Source: Candidatus Poribacteria bacterium
GTDB taxonomy: Bacteria; Poribacteria; WGA-4E; WGA-3G
DNA length: 64,000 nt
Direction: 5' to 3'
NCBI GenBank assembly: GCA_965215265.1
Contig: OZ244048.1
Coordinates: forward strand, 1,408,001 to 1,472,000
The notes below the pieces were generated by a model, which was given only the letters and a program-made list of their open reading frames with translations, was not told the origin of the DNA and did no database searches. The position numbers were made by a program, and so were the translations under genes. Of this stretch, positions 29,859 to 40,959 are shown one piece after another. The number at the start of each line of letters is the position of its first letter. Positions within the stretch are counted from its first letter, which is position 1.

Positions 29859-29917
29859 TGTAAATCTCGTCGGAGATTCCTTAGGCATAGCATAAAAAGG
29901 CTCCGACGAGATTTGTA
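29859..29917. repeat. REP-like inverted repeat between convergent leuA and pepA
   Basis: Perfect 14-bp stem aaatctcgtcggag / ctccgacgagattt; same family as 7561 and 8076. Confidence 0.65.
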
Positions 29918-30045
29918 AAGGGTTTAACATTGCAGCAGCCTTGTTGCGGGCTCCTGTATATGAAAAAGCAGCAGCCTTGTTGCGGGCTGCACTATACGAA
30001 AGAAATATGTCAGGTTGTACGTAGTGTGATTGAGCAGATGCAGTG

Positions 30046-31536
30046 CTACCAATCCAGTACCAATTGCACCAACAACCGAACGCCGTAACCAGAAGCGCCT
30101 TCAGGAATATACGTAGAGCCCTTCATGCCCCATGCTGTTCCTGCGATATCCAAGTGAACCCAGGGAAAGTCTTCCACGAATTTCTTTAGAAACGCCCCGC
30201 CGGCAATTGTCCCTGCAGTGCCATCGCCGATATTCTGGACATCTGCCACTTTACTTTTAATTCCTTCATCGTAGTCGTCCCAGAGCGGCAATTCCCAGAC
30301 GCGCTCGTGCGTCTTTTGAGCGGCTGCCTTTACTCGATCCATGAGTGCTGGCTCGGTGCCCATGGCTCCTGCGGCAACATGTCCAAGACAGGTAATGACT
30401 GCCCCGGTGAGAGTTGCCAAATCGATAACGCCTTTCGGGTTATACTGGGCGGCCCACCCGAGTGCATCCGCCAAAATGAGGCGACCTTCTGCATCGGTAT
30501 TGAGGATCTCAATGGTTTTACCGCCGTAGGAGGCGACAACGTCCCCCGGTTTAATCGCCTTGCCGCCGGGCATGTTCTCGGTTGTGGGGATGAGCCCGAT
30601 AACGTGCAAATCGGGTTTCAGCTGCCCAATCACCTGCATAGCGCCAAGGACGGCCGCCGCCCCTGACATGTCGTGTTTCATCTCATGCATGTCTTTTCCG
30701 GGCTTGATCGAAATCCCCCCGGTATCAAAGGTAATCCCTTTTCCAACCAGGACAACCGTATCTTGCGCTTCGCCCTCAGGGCGGTGTTCCAAAATGATAA
30801 ACCGTGGCTCCTCAACACTGCCCTGTGCTACTGCTAAGAGTGTGCGGAAACCTTTCTGTTCCAAAGTAGCCTTGTCAAACACCTCACAACGCAGACCGTT
30901 TTCCGAGGCTACAGCAGCTGCCTTTTCAGCGAGTTGCGTTGGTGTAAGGTAATTCCCCGGTTGATTGCTTAAATTTCGTGCGAGCTTTGTCCCATTAGCG
31001 ATGATTTGTCCTCGTTCAACTGCGCGTTCAACCGTGGGTCTGCTCGGTTCACTTTCGGCTACAAAGGTAATTGATTCAAGCGCTTTCTTCTCATCTTCCT
31101 CTTGTGCTGTTTTGTGCAGATCGAACGTATAGAGTGAGAGCAAAACCGCTTCTGTTGCAGCCTGAACCATATTCTCAGGTTCAGGTACTTCGTCCGGAAC
31201 GACAAAGGTAGCGGATTTGAGTCCCATATCCCGTGCGTATTGTGCAGCGTGCCCGGCACCCTGACGCACCTTCTCGACGGTAAGTTCATTGTATGGGCCA
31301 AGGCCAACTAACAAGAGGCGGGGGGCTGCCATGGCACCGCGTGTATAGATGAGACTCGTGCTTTTCATTTTACCTGTGAAGTCGCCAAGTTCAATCAAGT
31401 CGCGAATTCGCCCATTTAATGCTTCATCAGCGATATGAAGATACCCACTATAAAAATCAGGATTTTCTAATACGCCTATGATAACCACATCGGTTTCATT
31501 TTGCCGGAAATCCCCTGTCTTGACTGTAATGTTCAT
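30046..31536 (-). CDS. pepA: Leucyl aminopeptidase (M17)
   Basis: VGKGITFDTGG, MKHDMSG, NTDAEGRL. Confidence 0.95.
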   Translation of the reverse strand: MNITVKTGDFRQNETDVVIIGVLENPDFYSGYLHIADEALNGRIRDLIELGDFTGKMKSTSLIYTRGAMAAPRLLLVGLGPYNELTVEKVRQGAGHAAQYARDMGLKSATFVVPDEVPEPENMVQAATEAVLLSLYTFDLHKTAQEEDEKKALESITFVAESEPSRPTVERAVERGQIIANGTKLARNLSNQPGNYLTPTQLAEKAAAVASENGLRCEVFDKATLEQKGFRTLLAVAQGSVEEPRFIILEHRPEGEAQDTVVLVGKGITFDTGGISIKPGKDMHEMKHDMSGAAAVLGAMQVIGQLKPDLHVIGLIPTTENMPGGKAIKPGDVVASYGGKTIEILNTDAEGRLILADALGWAAQYNPKGVIDLATLTGAVITCLGHVAAGAMGTEPALMDRVKAAAQKTHERVWELPLWDDYDEGIKSKVADVQNIGDGTAGTIAGGAFLKKFVEDFPWVHLDIAGTAWGMKGSTYIPEGASGYGVRLLVQLVLDW

Positions 31537-31560
31537 AAACTCTCCTTTGCAATTTCTACG

Positions 31561-31887
31561 TTACGATGCCCGTCGCATACCGGTTAAAACGACCAGAGGC
31601 TCGGTACTCGTCACAGTAATAGAGTGGTAGGTATTGGCTGGAACATCAATCCGATCCCCAGCTTCGCCGGTGCCGTTCTCATCGCCAACCTTCACATCTG
31701 CGGTTCCAGATAGAATACAGACGACTTCATCGCGGCTATGAATATAATCTAGATACGCACGGCCAGGCTGCCCGCTCCATTTGTAGGCATCAAACCCCTC
31801 AGATTGCAGCTGGTTCGAGAGCGTCGCTTGCAGGGCGCTATCGCCGGCATCCTTGTTCTGTTCCAACCAACGTGATTTCCAATTCAT
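31561..31887 (-). CDS. Cupin domain protein
   Basis: HSRDEVVCILSG ... GDRIDVPANTYH. Confidence 0.75.
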   Translation of the reverse strand: MNWKSRWLEQNKDAGDSALQATLSNQLQSEGFDAYKWSGQPGRAYLDYIHSRDEVVCILSGTADVKVGDENGTGEAGDRIDVPANTYHSITVTSTEPLVVLTGMRRAS

Positions 31888-32094
31888 AGTATCTCCTTTA
31901 TTTTTTCTGTAGAGAATGGAGTTTGGGCTATCAGTCTCTAAGGTTTTATAGCAAATAACCAGTTTCATCTCCTTTTTTGAGAGCGCCTGTGCGGAGAAAT
32001 GAACCTAGCCTCTTTGCGAGGATGTCCTACCAAGTAAGTGCCAAATGTGTCTGATTGATACGTTATGACAAAACCGGCTACCTTTCAAATGGGG

Positions 32095-34818
32095 TTAGAT
32101 GGGTTCTAACCGGACCGGACAAACCTTCAATTCAGCGGTATGTGTCACCGCATCGTATCCAGAACCAGTCAACCGGTTGACAGGTACATCCGCAAAACTG
32201 AAACTCGCGAAGACGGTACCGCGCGGAGAACGTTTGGTGGCCTTGACTTTAATCGTGATACTCCCCCGTGCGCTCTGCATTCTGCACCACTCGCCATCGG
32301 TTAACCCCCAGTTTTCAATATCAACGGGGTTCACCTCAACGGATTCTTCAGGTAATAGATAAGCGGTTCCGTGTGAGCGTCCTGTCTGTGTATGAGTGTG
32401 ATAAGATTCCAACCGCCGGCCGGTTGTGAGCCATACAGGAAATTCGGCACTGATAGTTTCAGCGGGATGCCGATAATGCACTGTGGAAAAGATACCGCGT
32501 CCATTGACAAACTCGTCTTCGTGCAACCTGGGCGTACCGGGGTGTGCTTTGTGAGGTACCGGCCACTGGTATTCGCCGGTCTCAATTCGTTCCCAATCCA
32601 ACCCAGCATAAATAGGAGAGACCCGGCACAGTTCGTTAAAAATCGGTTTGGGGGACTCAAAATCGAAGCCTTCAACGCCTAAACGCTGTGCAATTTGACA
32701 AATAATCCACCAATCCGGTTTAGCCTGGCCAGGTGGCTTTACTGCTGCTCGTAGACGTTGAACACGCCGTTCTGTATTGGTGCAGACACCATCCGTTTCA
32801 CCCCACGCTGTCGCCGGTAGTACAATATCAGCCAATTCTGCAGTCTCTGTCAGGAAGATATCAATCACCACCAGATGCTCTAACGAACGTAGCGCGTGCT
32901 CACAATGCTGGCGGTTCGGGTCGGAGAGGAGCGTGTTCTCCCCATCAATTAACATGGCATGGATGCTATCCCCACAGAGTTCTAAAGCGGTGACTTTGGT
33001 AATGCCCTTCTCCAATTCCACTTCTACGCCATACTCCTGCTTAAACTTTTCCTGATTCGCTGGATCTGTGACAGATTGGAAGCCGGGGTAATTGTTTGGG
33101 AGTGCGCCACTGTCGCCTGCCCCTTGGATGTTGTTTTGACCTCGCATGGGATTGATACCTGTTCCTTCCCGTCCAATATTCCCGGTCATCAGCACGAGGT
33201 TACATAGGCTCTGGACGTTTTCAACACCACAGATATGCTCCGTGATGCCGAGTGTATAATAGATTGCACCTTTATCTGCGGTGCCGTACCATATTGCTGC
33301 TTTTTCAATATCCTTTGCAGACACACCTGTAATGGTTTCCGCCCATTCCGGGGTCCACTGTGAGACATGTTCAAAGAACTGATTAAACCCGACTGTTCGC
33401 TTTTGAATAAATTCTTCATCAATCAATCCTTCGCGAGCGATGACGTGCGCCATTGCCAAAAGCAGTGCGCTGTCGGAGCCGACGCGTAGTGGGAGATAGA
33501 GATGCGACATCTGCGCTAACCCTATCCGCCGTGGATCTGCGACAATAAGTTTCGCACCTCCGGCGACAGCTTTTTTGAGTCCTGTCGCTGCGACTGGATG
33601 GCACTCTGTCATGTTCGTCCCGATACAGAAAATCACATCAGGCTTCTGCATATCGACGAGTGGGTTAGACATGGCGCCGCGTCCAATTGTCGCTGCCAGC
33701 CCGGCAACTGTTGGCGCGTGTCATGCCCTGCTGCAATTGTCAATGTAATTTGTACCAAACCCTGCGCGGATGAACTTCTGCATGAGGTAAGCAGCTTCAG
33801 TTGGTGCGCGTCCAGAAGCTACGCTGTAGATGCTGTGTTTTCCATGCGTATCCAGTACTTTGCGAAACCCCTCTGCTGCTTTGTCAAGTGCGACTTCCCA
33901 GGTCGTTTCATGCAGTTCTCCATCTTTGCCGCGCATGAGCGGCATGCTTAGGCGGTCGGAATGCTGCACGAAGTCGTATGCGAACTGGCCTTTTACACAG
34001 AGAGCGCCTTGATTGGCTGGACCATCCATCGCCGGATGGATGCCGACGATGTTATCATTCTTCGTCAAGACATCAACCGAGCAGCCAACGCCACAGTACC
34101 CGCATATCGTCCGTGTCTTCTCAATATCACCCGGAATCTCAGCTGCCCGGAGCGCTTTCTTATCAGCGAGTGCGCCTGTCGGGCATGTCTGGATGCACTG
34201 TCCGCAAAACGTACAAGCAGAATCTTTCAGAAGTCCATCGAATTCCGTGCTAATTTGCGTGTGGAAGCCGCGGTTCATGACCGTAATTGCATGATCGCCC
34301 TCCTGCTCTGCACAGACACGGACACAGCGATAGCAGGAAATGCACAGTTCGTAGTCACGCAGGATAAACGGATTATCATCGGATTTGCTTGTCCCGGATG
34401 TCGCGCCCGTTATCCGTGCCGATTTTCCGCCATACCCGTCACAGAGATGTGCGAGTTCACCAGACGCGTAGCCCCGTAATGGATTTACATCGACTTGACG
34501 GTTTTCGCTGGTAACCATTTCAAGGAGGGTTTTCCGATACGTTTCAATTGTCTCTGTTGCTGTCCGTATCACCATGCCTAATGCGGCTTTCGTTGTACAG
34601 GATGCGACTGGGTTCCGCGCGCCCTCCAATTCCACGATGCAGAGTCTACATCCGCCGAACGGCTCGAGCCGCGGATCATAACAGAGTGTTGGAATCTCTT
34701 TTTGATTCCGCTGTGCAACTTCTAATATCGTTTCACCGTCAGAAAAGTCGACTTCCTGGCCGTCAATTTTTAAGAACCCGCCGGCAAGCCGGTTTTGCGT
34801 CCTCTGTTTATGTGTCAT
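32095..34818 (-). CDS. Formate dehydrogenase alpha subunit, selenocysteine-containing, with N-terminal Fe-S domains
   Basis: ORFs 33721..34833 and 32095..33672 join in frame through TGA 33721-33723: NCSRA-U-HAPTVAGL, matching the FdhF catalytic motif. Also CGYCGVGC and RGQNNIQG. Confidence 0.93.
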
Positions 34819-34904
34819 CGCGATACTCCTCACATTCGAGCTAAACTGTTAAAATCTATAGATCTGAAGTGATAATGTTTAGTTAGTCTTTATCTCCGTC
34901 TGCG

Positions 34905-35927
34905 CTAGTTTTTTCCATCTGCAGCTTCATTTTCACCAAAGTCGATTTGTGGGACGTTCAATTCCGCTGCAAGAATTTTGCGTTTGGCTTCTTCAACCAT
35001 ATTTTGAACTGCCTGAGGCACCTTATGTTTCAAATCTGGATTGTAGGACATAGCAATCGCGCCGTCGCTTGCCATGGTAACAACGTAGGCCTTTGGTTTG
35101 AAATTGCCCTCCTTGACCAGCTTAGCAATCTGCACAAATGCATGTGGCGTAATCACTGCATTTGCCAAGACGGTGGTGGGTGAAACTTGACTTTGGTCTT
35201 TGTTAGAACCGAAGGTGTAGACGGTGTTGCCTGAGGCCTGTGCGATTTCAGCTGCTTCAAATACGCCTCGTCCGGCTGCATCTGCGTTATGAAAGATAAA
35301 GTCTATGCCTTCATTAATTTGTGCTAGGGCCAACTCTTTTGCCTTCCCGATGTTTTCCCAATCGCCTACGTATGTCCAACGGACCTCTGCATCGGCGTTA
35401 ACACTTTTCACGCCGCCTTCAAAGGCCATAAACGTGCTATTCACGGAGGGAATATTCTGACCTCCGACAATCCCTATCTTACCGGTTTCACTCATCATGC
35501 CTGCCATAATTCCTAACAGATAGCTTGCTTGCTCCAGCCGAAAGATGATAGGCGAAACGTTCGGTAAAATTGTGCTTCCGGAAGAAGTAATAAAAACTGT
35601 TTCAGGAAAATCCGGTGCGACGGCTTTGGCCGGATCTTGATACTCATAGCCATGTCCAAAAATTAAATGATAGCCATCCAAAGCATACGCCCGAAAGTGT
35701 TCCTCCTGATCTGCGGGCGTGCGGCTCTCAACATGGCTAATTTGGGCATTGAGTTCCTTTTCAATCCCCTTGAGTCCTTCATAAGCCAAAGCGTTCCACC
35801 CTGCATCCGTAATTGACGCAGGCAGAAGCATGGCTACCTTAAATTCTTTTTCCTGATGCCCTTTCGCGTAGCTATTTATGTTCCCAACCAGTATCAATAC
35901 CATTATTAAAATAGTAATTTGTTTCAT
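34905..35927 (-). CDS. BMP family ABC transporter substrate-binding protein
   Basis: Signal peptide; DAGWNALAYEG, LIFGHG, SYLLG. Confidence 0.85.
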   Translation of the reverse strand: MKQITILIMVLILVGNINSYAKGHQEKEFKVAMLLPASITDAGWNALAYEGLKGIEKELNAQISHVESRTPADQEEHFRAYALDGYHLIFGHGYEYQDPAKAVAPDFPETVFITSSGSTILPNVSPIIFRLEQASYLLGIMAGMMSETGKIGIVGGQNIPSVNSTFMAFEGGVKSVNADAEVRWTYVGDWENIGKAKELALAQINEGIDFIFHNADAAGRGVFEAAEIAQASGNTVYTFGSNKDQSQVSPTTVLANAVITPHAFVQIAKLVKEGNFKPKAYVVTMASDGAIAMSYNPDLKHKVPQAVQNMVEEAKRKILAAELNVPQIDFGENEAADGKN

Positions 35928-36197
35928 AAGAATAACTCCTCTTCACTTTAAAGTTTTGAGATAGTATAGCATAAGCCTATGAAAAATGCAAAGAATGTGT
36001 GTTGAATTGCCATTTGAACTCGGGTTTGGCGAGGGCCTGTTTGTAAAAAAGAGCAAAAGGCAACGCTCAACGTATCTCAAAAATGGCGACTTCTGTGGCC
36101 GGTGTGTTGTTGGGTGCCTGAATCAGAGGCGATCCTGTTTCTTTTGGAACTATCCTCTAATAAAAAAAGCAATTTTCAAAGGTGTTCCGACTTTCCA

Positions 36198-37634
36198 CTA
36201 CATCTGTGCCAACTTATTCTGAAGCCAGCGCGTCATCGGTGCATATGCCGGGTCACAGACTTCGATGAAATGTCCGGGCAAAGGCTGCCCAATCAACGCC
36301 TCAACATCGCGCCGTCGCTCTGAAACTACCGTAGGATGTTGAGTCGCAACGTTGACTTTCTCCTCCGGATCGTTTCGCACGTCAAACAACTCGTCGCCTC
36401 GTTCATCGTTATAGCCGACCGAGGTACAGAAGTTCCAGTGGTTATCACGTACACTGACACGTCCGCGTGCGTTGCCCGTTGCAAATCCCGCCCATCCGGT
36501 GATGATGCGTTCCCGTAAGAACGCCTTCTCTTGGGTAACGAGCTGCCAGATGTCTTCGCCATCGGTCCAGCTGCAAGGGATTCCGACTTGATTGAGGAGT
36601 GTTGGCATCAGATCATGATTCTGGACAAACGCAGAGACCGCATGATCTTGGGGGCCATCGGGGTGCCGTATCATTAGATTGAGCTGCGTATTGAATGGAT
36701 GCAATTTGTTAGCGCCTTTCCCGAAGCTGCCATGGTCGCGAAGCTGCGTCCCGTGGTCTGACATCAGTACAAGCATCGTGTTGTCTTGTAGATTGAGACT
36801 GCTAATTTTGTTCAGTAGCATGCCTACCCACTTATCCACGAACGTTACCTCGCCGAGGTAGAGTGCCTCGATTCGGCGGAGTTCGTCTTCGGTGGGCCCG
36901 TCGCCTTCGTATGCGCTGCCGGGTGTGATGAAATCCTTCCCCGAATAGTCTGGAAAATAGAGATCCGCGTATGCCTTAGGTGCATCCCACGGTTCATGCG
37001 GGTCAAAGCTGTCTACCCAGAGGAAGAAGGGGCCAAGGGTGTAGTTATCATCAAGCCAGTCGGCGGCGGCGCGGAAAACGCGTGCGCAACTGTAATCTTC
37101 TTCGGATGGACGGTGCCGTTGACACAAGAGATAGTTGACTAAGCCGGCGTGCCGTGGCCAATTTATCGGTTCTCGGACATGCTTCCGGAGCTGTGCTTGG
37201 ATTGAGCGCGGATCGCCGCTCCGCCAATTATCGGATTCCTGGCCTCGGATAAAATCAAGATGCGCGAACCCACGCGAGAAGTTCATCGTAGGTTTGAACA
37301 TGTGATAGGTATCGGCAATTAGCGCAGTTAGATAACCGTGCTCTAGTAGTACCTCTGCGAGAGTATGCTGCTCTGGTGGGATTTTATGCCATCCTGGGGC
37401 GTGGTGCCAATGTCCGCGGCGGTCGAAGTTATACCGCCAGGGGAAACTCCGCATCCCCGTAAAGTTTCCGCGGCGCACTTGAAGCGTGGGTTGTCCTTCA
37501 CCAAAAGCACGCGTGAACCGGACGCTCTCTGATGCGAATGCATCGAGATTGGGCGTTTGCACGTGACTATATTTTTTCCCTTGACCGATGATATCGGCTC
37601 GAAACGTGTCTAAACAGATACAGATAATGTTCAT
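36198..37634 (-). CDS. Sulfatase-like hydrolase with non-canonical active-site motif
   Basis: DTFRAD, TPNLD, FDPHEP, SDHG; TLQVR in place of CxPxR. Confidence 0.82.
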   Translation of the reverse strand: MNIICICLDTFRADIIGQGKKYSHVQTPNLDAFASESVRFTRAFGEGQPTLQVRRGNFTGMRSFPWRYNFDRRGHWHHAPGWHKIPPEQHTLAEVLLEHGYLTALIADTYHMFKPTMNFSRGFAHLDFIRGQESDNWRSGDPRSIQAQLRKHVREPINWPRHAGLVNYLLCQRHRPSEEDYSCARVFRAAADWLDDNYTLGPFFLWVDSFDPHEPWDAPKAYADLYFPDYSGKDFITPGSAYEGDGPTEDELRRIEALYLGEVTFVDKWVGMLLNKISSLNLQDNTMLVLMSDHGTQLRDHGSFGKGANKLHPFNTQLNLMIRHPDGPQDHAVSAFVQNHDLMPTLLNQVGIPCSWTDGEDIWQLVTQEKAFLRERIITGWAGFATGNARGRVSVRDNHWNFCTSVGYNDERGDELFDVRNDPEEKVNVATQHPTVVSERRRDVEALIGQPLPGHFIEVCDPAYAPMTRWLQNKLAQM

Positions 37635-37638
37635 AGGT

Positions 37639-38352
37639 TTATACCACTCCCATTTCGTTCAAAATCTGTCTTGTGGCTGCTATTGGATTTTCAGCATGAA
37701 TAATGGGTCTGCCGACAACGATGTAATCGGCCCCTCGATTTATTGCCTCTTTGGGAGTTGTTAGCCGTCGCTGATCTCCTGGGGCTGCCCATTCCGGACG
37801 TATGCCGGGGGTGACAATCAAAAAATCGTCGCCACATGCCTCACGAATCGGCTCAATTTCTAACGGTGAAGCGACTACCCCATCCAATCCTGCCTTTCTG
37901 GTCTGCTCTGACAGATAAACCACTTGTTTCGTAACTGTTCTTTCAGAGGCGAAGTTTGCTTGCAATTCCGTTTCCGTCATGCTCGTCAGCACTGTGACAC
38001 CGAGCAAGATCGGACGGGGGATGCCAGCAGCATCGGCTGCATCCGCTGCGCTGCGTTTCGCAGCATACATCATGTCAAATCCGCCGGAGGCATGCATATT
38101 GATCATGTGTGCGCCGTGCTTTGTCATGGTGCCGACATCCCGTGCCACAGTATTCGGAATGTCGTGGAACTTCAGGTCAAGAAAGACTTGATGTCCGCGA
38201 TCGCTGAGCCGACTCAAGGATGCCGGACCGAGGCGACTAAATGCCTGAAAACCGAGTTTGACCCAGGGCACCATATTAACTAGCGTTTGGGATAACCCAT
38301 CAATTTTCTCTAGATTATCAGTGTCTAATGCAACAATGAGTCTGTCTCTCAA
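37639..38352 (-). CDS. pyrF: Orotidine-5'-phosphate decarboxylase
   Basis: FLDLKFHDIPNTV, VTPGIRP, VVGRPI. Confidence 0.96.
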   Translation of the reverse strand: MRDRLIVALDTDNLEKIDGLSQTLVNMVPWVKLGFQAFSRLGPASLSRLSDRGHQVFLDLKFHDIPNTVARDVGTMTKHGAHMINMHASGGFDMMYAAKRSAADAADAAGIPRPILLGVTVLTSMTETELQANFASERTVTKQVVYLSEQTRKAGLDGVVASPLEIEPIREACGDDFLIVTPGIRPEWAAPGDQRRLTTPKEAINRGADYIVVGRPIIHAENPIAATRQILNEMGVV

Positions 38353-38443
38353 TTTTTACCTCCGCTATTCGTGATGTTTTTTTGCTTATGGGACGGCTGA
38401 CAAATACCTCCAGTCCACTATCGCTGCTACAATACCTGCGAAC

Positions 38444-39934
38444 CTATTTCCGTAACACTGCCTGAACCATCTGCAGTGTTTCTCGGTGCGCGTCCTGAAT
38501 CTGCGTTTGGCAGGTATCGAGCTGTTCAAGAATCTGATTCAACTGCTTTTCAAAGCGAGTTATCATCCGGCGTACCTCTGCTGGTGAGGTGCCGCCAAGG
38601 CTTCGGTTGTTTTGAAGTGCGAACAGCGCATCCAGAATCTGTTTCAATTGTGCTATAGGGATATCAAGTCCTCTCTGTTTCAAGAGCGTGTGGGTTGTCT
38701 CCCAATCTGCGAACGTTTTCTGCTGCTGGACGAGTTCTCCAACGAGCGATCCGACAATTTCGTGGCATTGTCGAAAACTGAGTCCGTGTTCTGTGACGAG
38801 ATAGTTGGCGAGTTCTGTCGCGGTTGCGAAGTTTGCGTTCGCCAGTTCTGCCATGCGTTCGGTTTTGAAATCTATTGTCTGGAGCAGCGAGGTTAACATA
38901 CCGAGGCACGCCTTCACGATGTCGAACGCCTCCCACAAGGGTGGTTTATCTTCCTGAAAATCGCGATTGTAACCGAGGGGTAAGCCTTTAAGATTCGTCA
39001 ATAGGTCAAACAAAGCGCCGTAGACTCGCCCGGTGCGTCCGCGTGTCAGTTCTGCTATGTCTGGATTCTTCTTCTGCGGCATGATAGAACTTCCGAAGCT
39101 ATAGGCATCGTCCAGTATCGCCATCCCGAATTCGTAGGTTGTCCAATAGACGAGTTCTTCGCTGATACGCGATAGGTTTGCCATCAATAGCGAGAGCGCA
39201 AACAGCGTCTCTGCGATAAAATCTCGGCTGCTGATGACATCCAGGGCGTGTTCATGTGGTGCGTCAAAGCCGAGTAGTTTCGTCGTGAGCTGCCGGTCGA
39301 TGTGGAACGTTGTGCCTGCCAAAGCACATGCCCCGAGAGGGTTCATGTTTGCAAGGGCGTAGGCGGCTTGCAACCGTTTGAGATCCCGCAAAAATATGCT
39401 CACATAAGCAGTCGCCCAGAAGCCGAGGCTAATAGGCTGCGCGTGCTGTGTATGCGTATAGCCGGGCATGACGGTGGTATCATGTTGCCCTGCAATCTTT
39501 AGGAACGCATCACACAGGCGGGAGAGCACGCGCTGAACATTGAGGATCTCTTCCCGAATGTAAAGATGTGCATCCACAAGTACCTGATCGTTCCGGGAGC
39601 GGGCTGTGTGAAGTTTTCCCCCAAATTCGCGTCCAGCGTTCTCAATCAGATACGATTCGACGTTCATGTGAACGTCTTCTTTATTCGCATCGAGCGTCAG
39701 GTTTCCGTTCTCAAAATCTTCTTCTGCCTTTTGGAGGCCCTGCAAAATCTCGCGCAGGTCTTCATCAGAGATAATGCGTTGCTGCGCGAGCATAATGGCG
39801 TGTACTTGGCTTCCCCAGATATCGTACTGGATTAAGCGGGTATCCGCTTCAATGGACTGCGTAAATGCTACCGTTTCGTTAGTGAGTCCAGTGTTAAAAC
39901 GGCCGCCCCAAAGTGTTTTTTGTGGTGTTTCCAT
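38444..39934 (-). CDS. argH: Argininosuccinate lyase
   Basis: LWGGRF, HTARSRNDQV, GSSIMPQKKNPD. Confidence 0.96.
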   Translation of the reverse strand: METPQKTLWGGRFNTGLTNETVAFTQSIEADTRLIQYDIWGSQVHAIMLAQQRIISDEDLREILQGLQKAEEDFENGNLTLDANKEDVHMNVESYLIENAGREFGGKLHTARSRNDQVLVDAHLYIREEILNVQRVLSRLCDAFLKIAGQHDTTVMPGYTHTQHAQPISLGFWATAYVSIFLRDLKRLQAAYALANMNPLGACALAGTTFHIDRQLTTKLLGFDAPHEHALDVISSRDFIAETLFALSLLMANLSRISEELVYWTTYEFGMAILDDAYSFGSSIMPQKKNPDIAELTRGRTGRVYGALFDLLTNLKGLPLGYNRDFQEDKPPLWEAFDIVKACLGMLTSLLQTIDFKTERMAELANANFATATELANYLVTEHGLSFRQCHEIVGSLVGELVQQQKTFADWETTHTLLKQRGLDIPIAQLKQILDALFALQNNRSLGGTSPAEVRRMITRFEKQLNQILEQLDTCQTQIQDAHRETLQMVQAVLRK

Positions 39935-40061
39935 ATTTTGTAGATGTTGGGACACAGAAAATTTTACCGTGAAGTGTGCGGTTACTTGTAAAACGTCTGA
40001 AGCCAATTTGGATCTACGGCACCCGGTAGTGCTTGATTAACAGTCCCAATTCGTTCGTTCT

Positions 40062-40919
40062 TTACTTTACGGTTGTCGGCCGGCGCGGCGGCATCGGTTG
40101 AATAATTTTCCGCTGCTCAGGGGTCAACTGTTCCAATAATGTATCCGAATGTGGGTAGTCAAATCGCTCACGGACGTACTTGGGAGAATAGCGATACACA
40201 ATAGAGCGGCGATAGCCAGGATTTGTCCGTTCTGCGGAGCCGTGCGTAATCGCATCGGTAAACATTACGACATCTCCGGCCTTGAGGTAAATCTCTTTTG
40301 TAGCCTCGGCAGTGCCTGCCGGCTTGCCGCTGATGCCGTCGTAGACTAAGCCTTTCCCATTAACCTTCAAGCGCGGATGAATCTCTGTGCAGTTATGGCT
40401 CCCTGGAATTAGAACAGGGGGTCCATCTCCGTGCCCGATATCGTTAATTGCCATCAGTACATTAATCTGCCCTACCATCCACTGCCCGGTGTTCTCTTGG
40501 CGGAAAGTGAGATAGCTCAGCGGTACGTGGCCGCCGCAGTGTATATGAATGAACCCGCCTGTGCCACGAACGTTGAGGAAATTCTCGTGAATAGAAAGTC
40601 CATTGACTTCGGAATGAATATACTTCTGAACTAATTCGATCCACGCTGGATGGTTGATGAGTTTCCGGAAAACGGTGCCGCCTTCAATGATGTTTTGAAA
40701 ATTAACGCCGTTTTCGACATTGTAGGTGTGCGTCTCGATATTGCCAATCCAACGTGGGATTCTGTTGTTGTCAGTATTTTCGGTCCACGGTTCTTCAACG
40801 TAAGCCCAATGTTGATCGATCCATAGGTTTATTTCCTGCAGATCGTCTTCGGAAATCGCGTTTTCTAAAATCAGATATCCGTGCAAATCGAAGAGATAAT
40901 CGTGTAAATCGTGGCTCAT
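40062..40919 (-). CDS. Phytanoyl-CoA dioxygenase (PhyH) family protein
   Basis: FDLHGYL, IPGSH, ITHG. Confidence 0.8.
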   Translation of the reverse strand: MSHDLHDYLFDLHGYLILENAISEDDLQEINLWIDQHWAYVEEPWTENTDNNRIPRWIGNIETHTYNVENGVNFQNIIEGGTVFRKLINHPAWIELVQKYIHSEVNGLSIHENFLNVRGTGGFIHIHCGGHVPLSYLTFRQENTGQWMVGQINVLMAINDIGHGDGPPVLIPGSHNCTEIHPRLKVNGKGLVYDGISGKPAGTAEATKEIYLKAGDVVMFTDAITHGSAERTNPGYRRSIVYRYSPKYVRERFDYPHSDTLLEQLTPEQRKIIQPMPPRRPTTVK

Positions 40920-40959
40920 GTTAGATCTCCAGAGTCGCGCTGTAGCGGTGTGCGTGTGT

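Noticed and set aside
29933-29989. 21-bp direct repeat gcagcagccttgttgcgggct (2 copies)
   Set aside because: Only two copies between convergent genes; probably terminator-associated, not an array.
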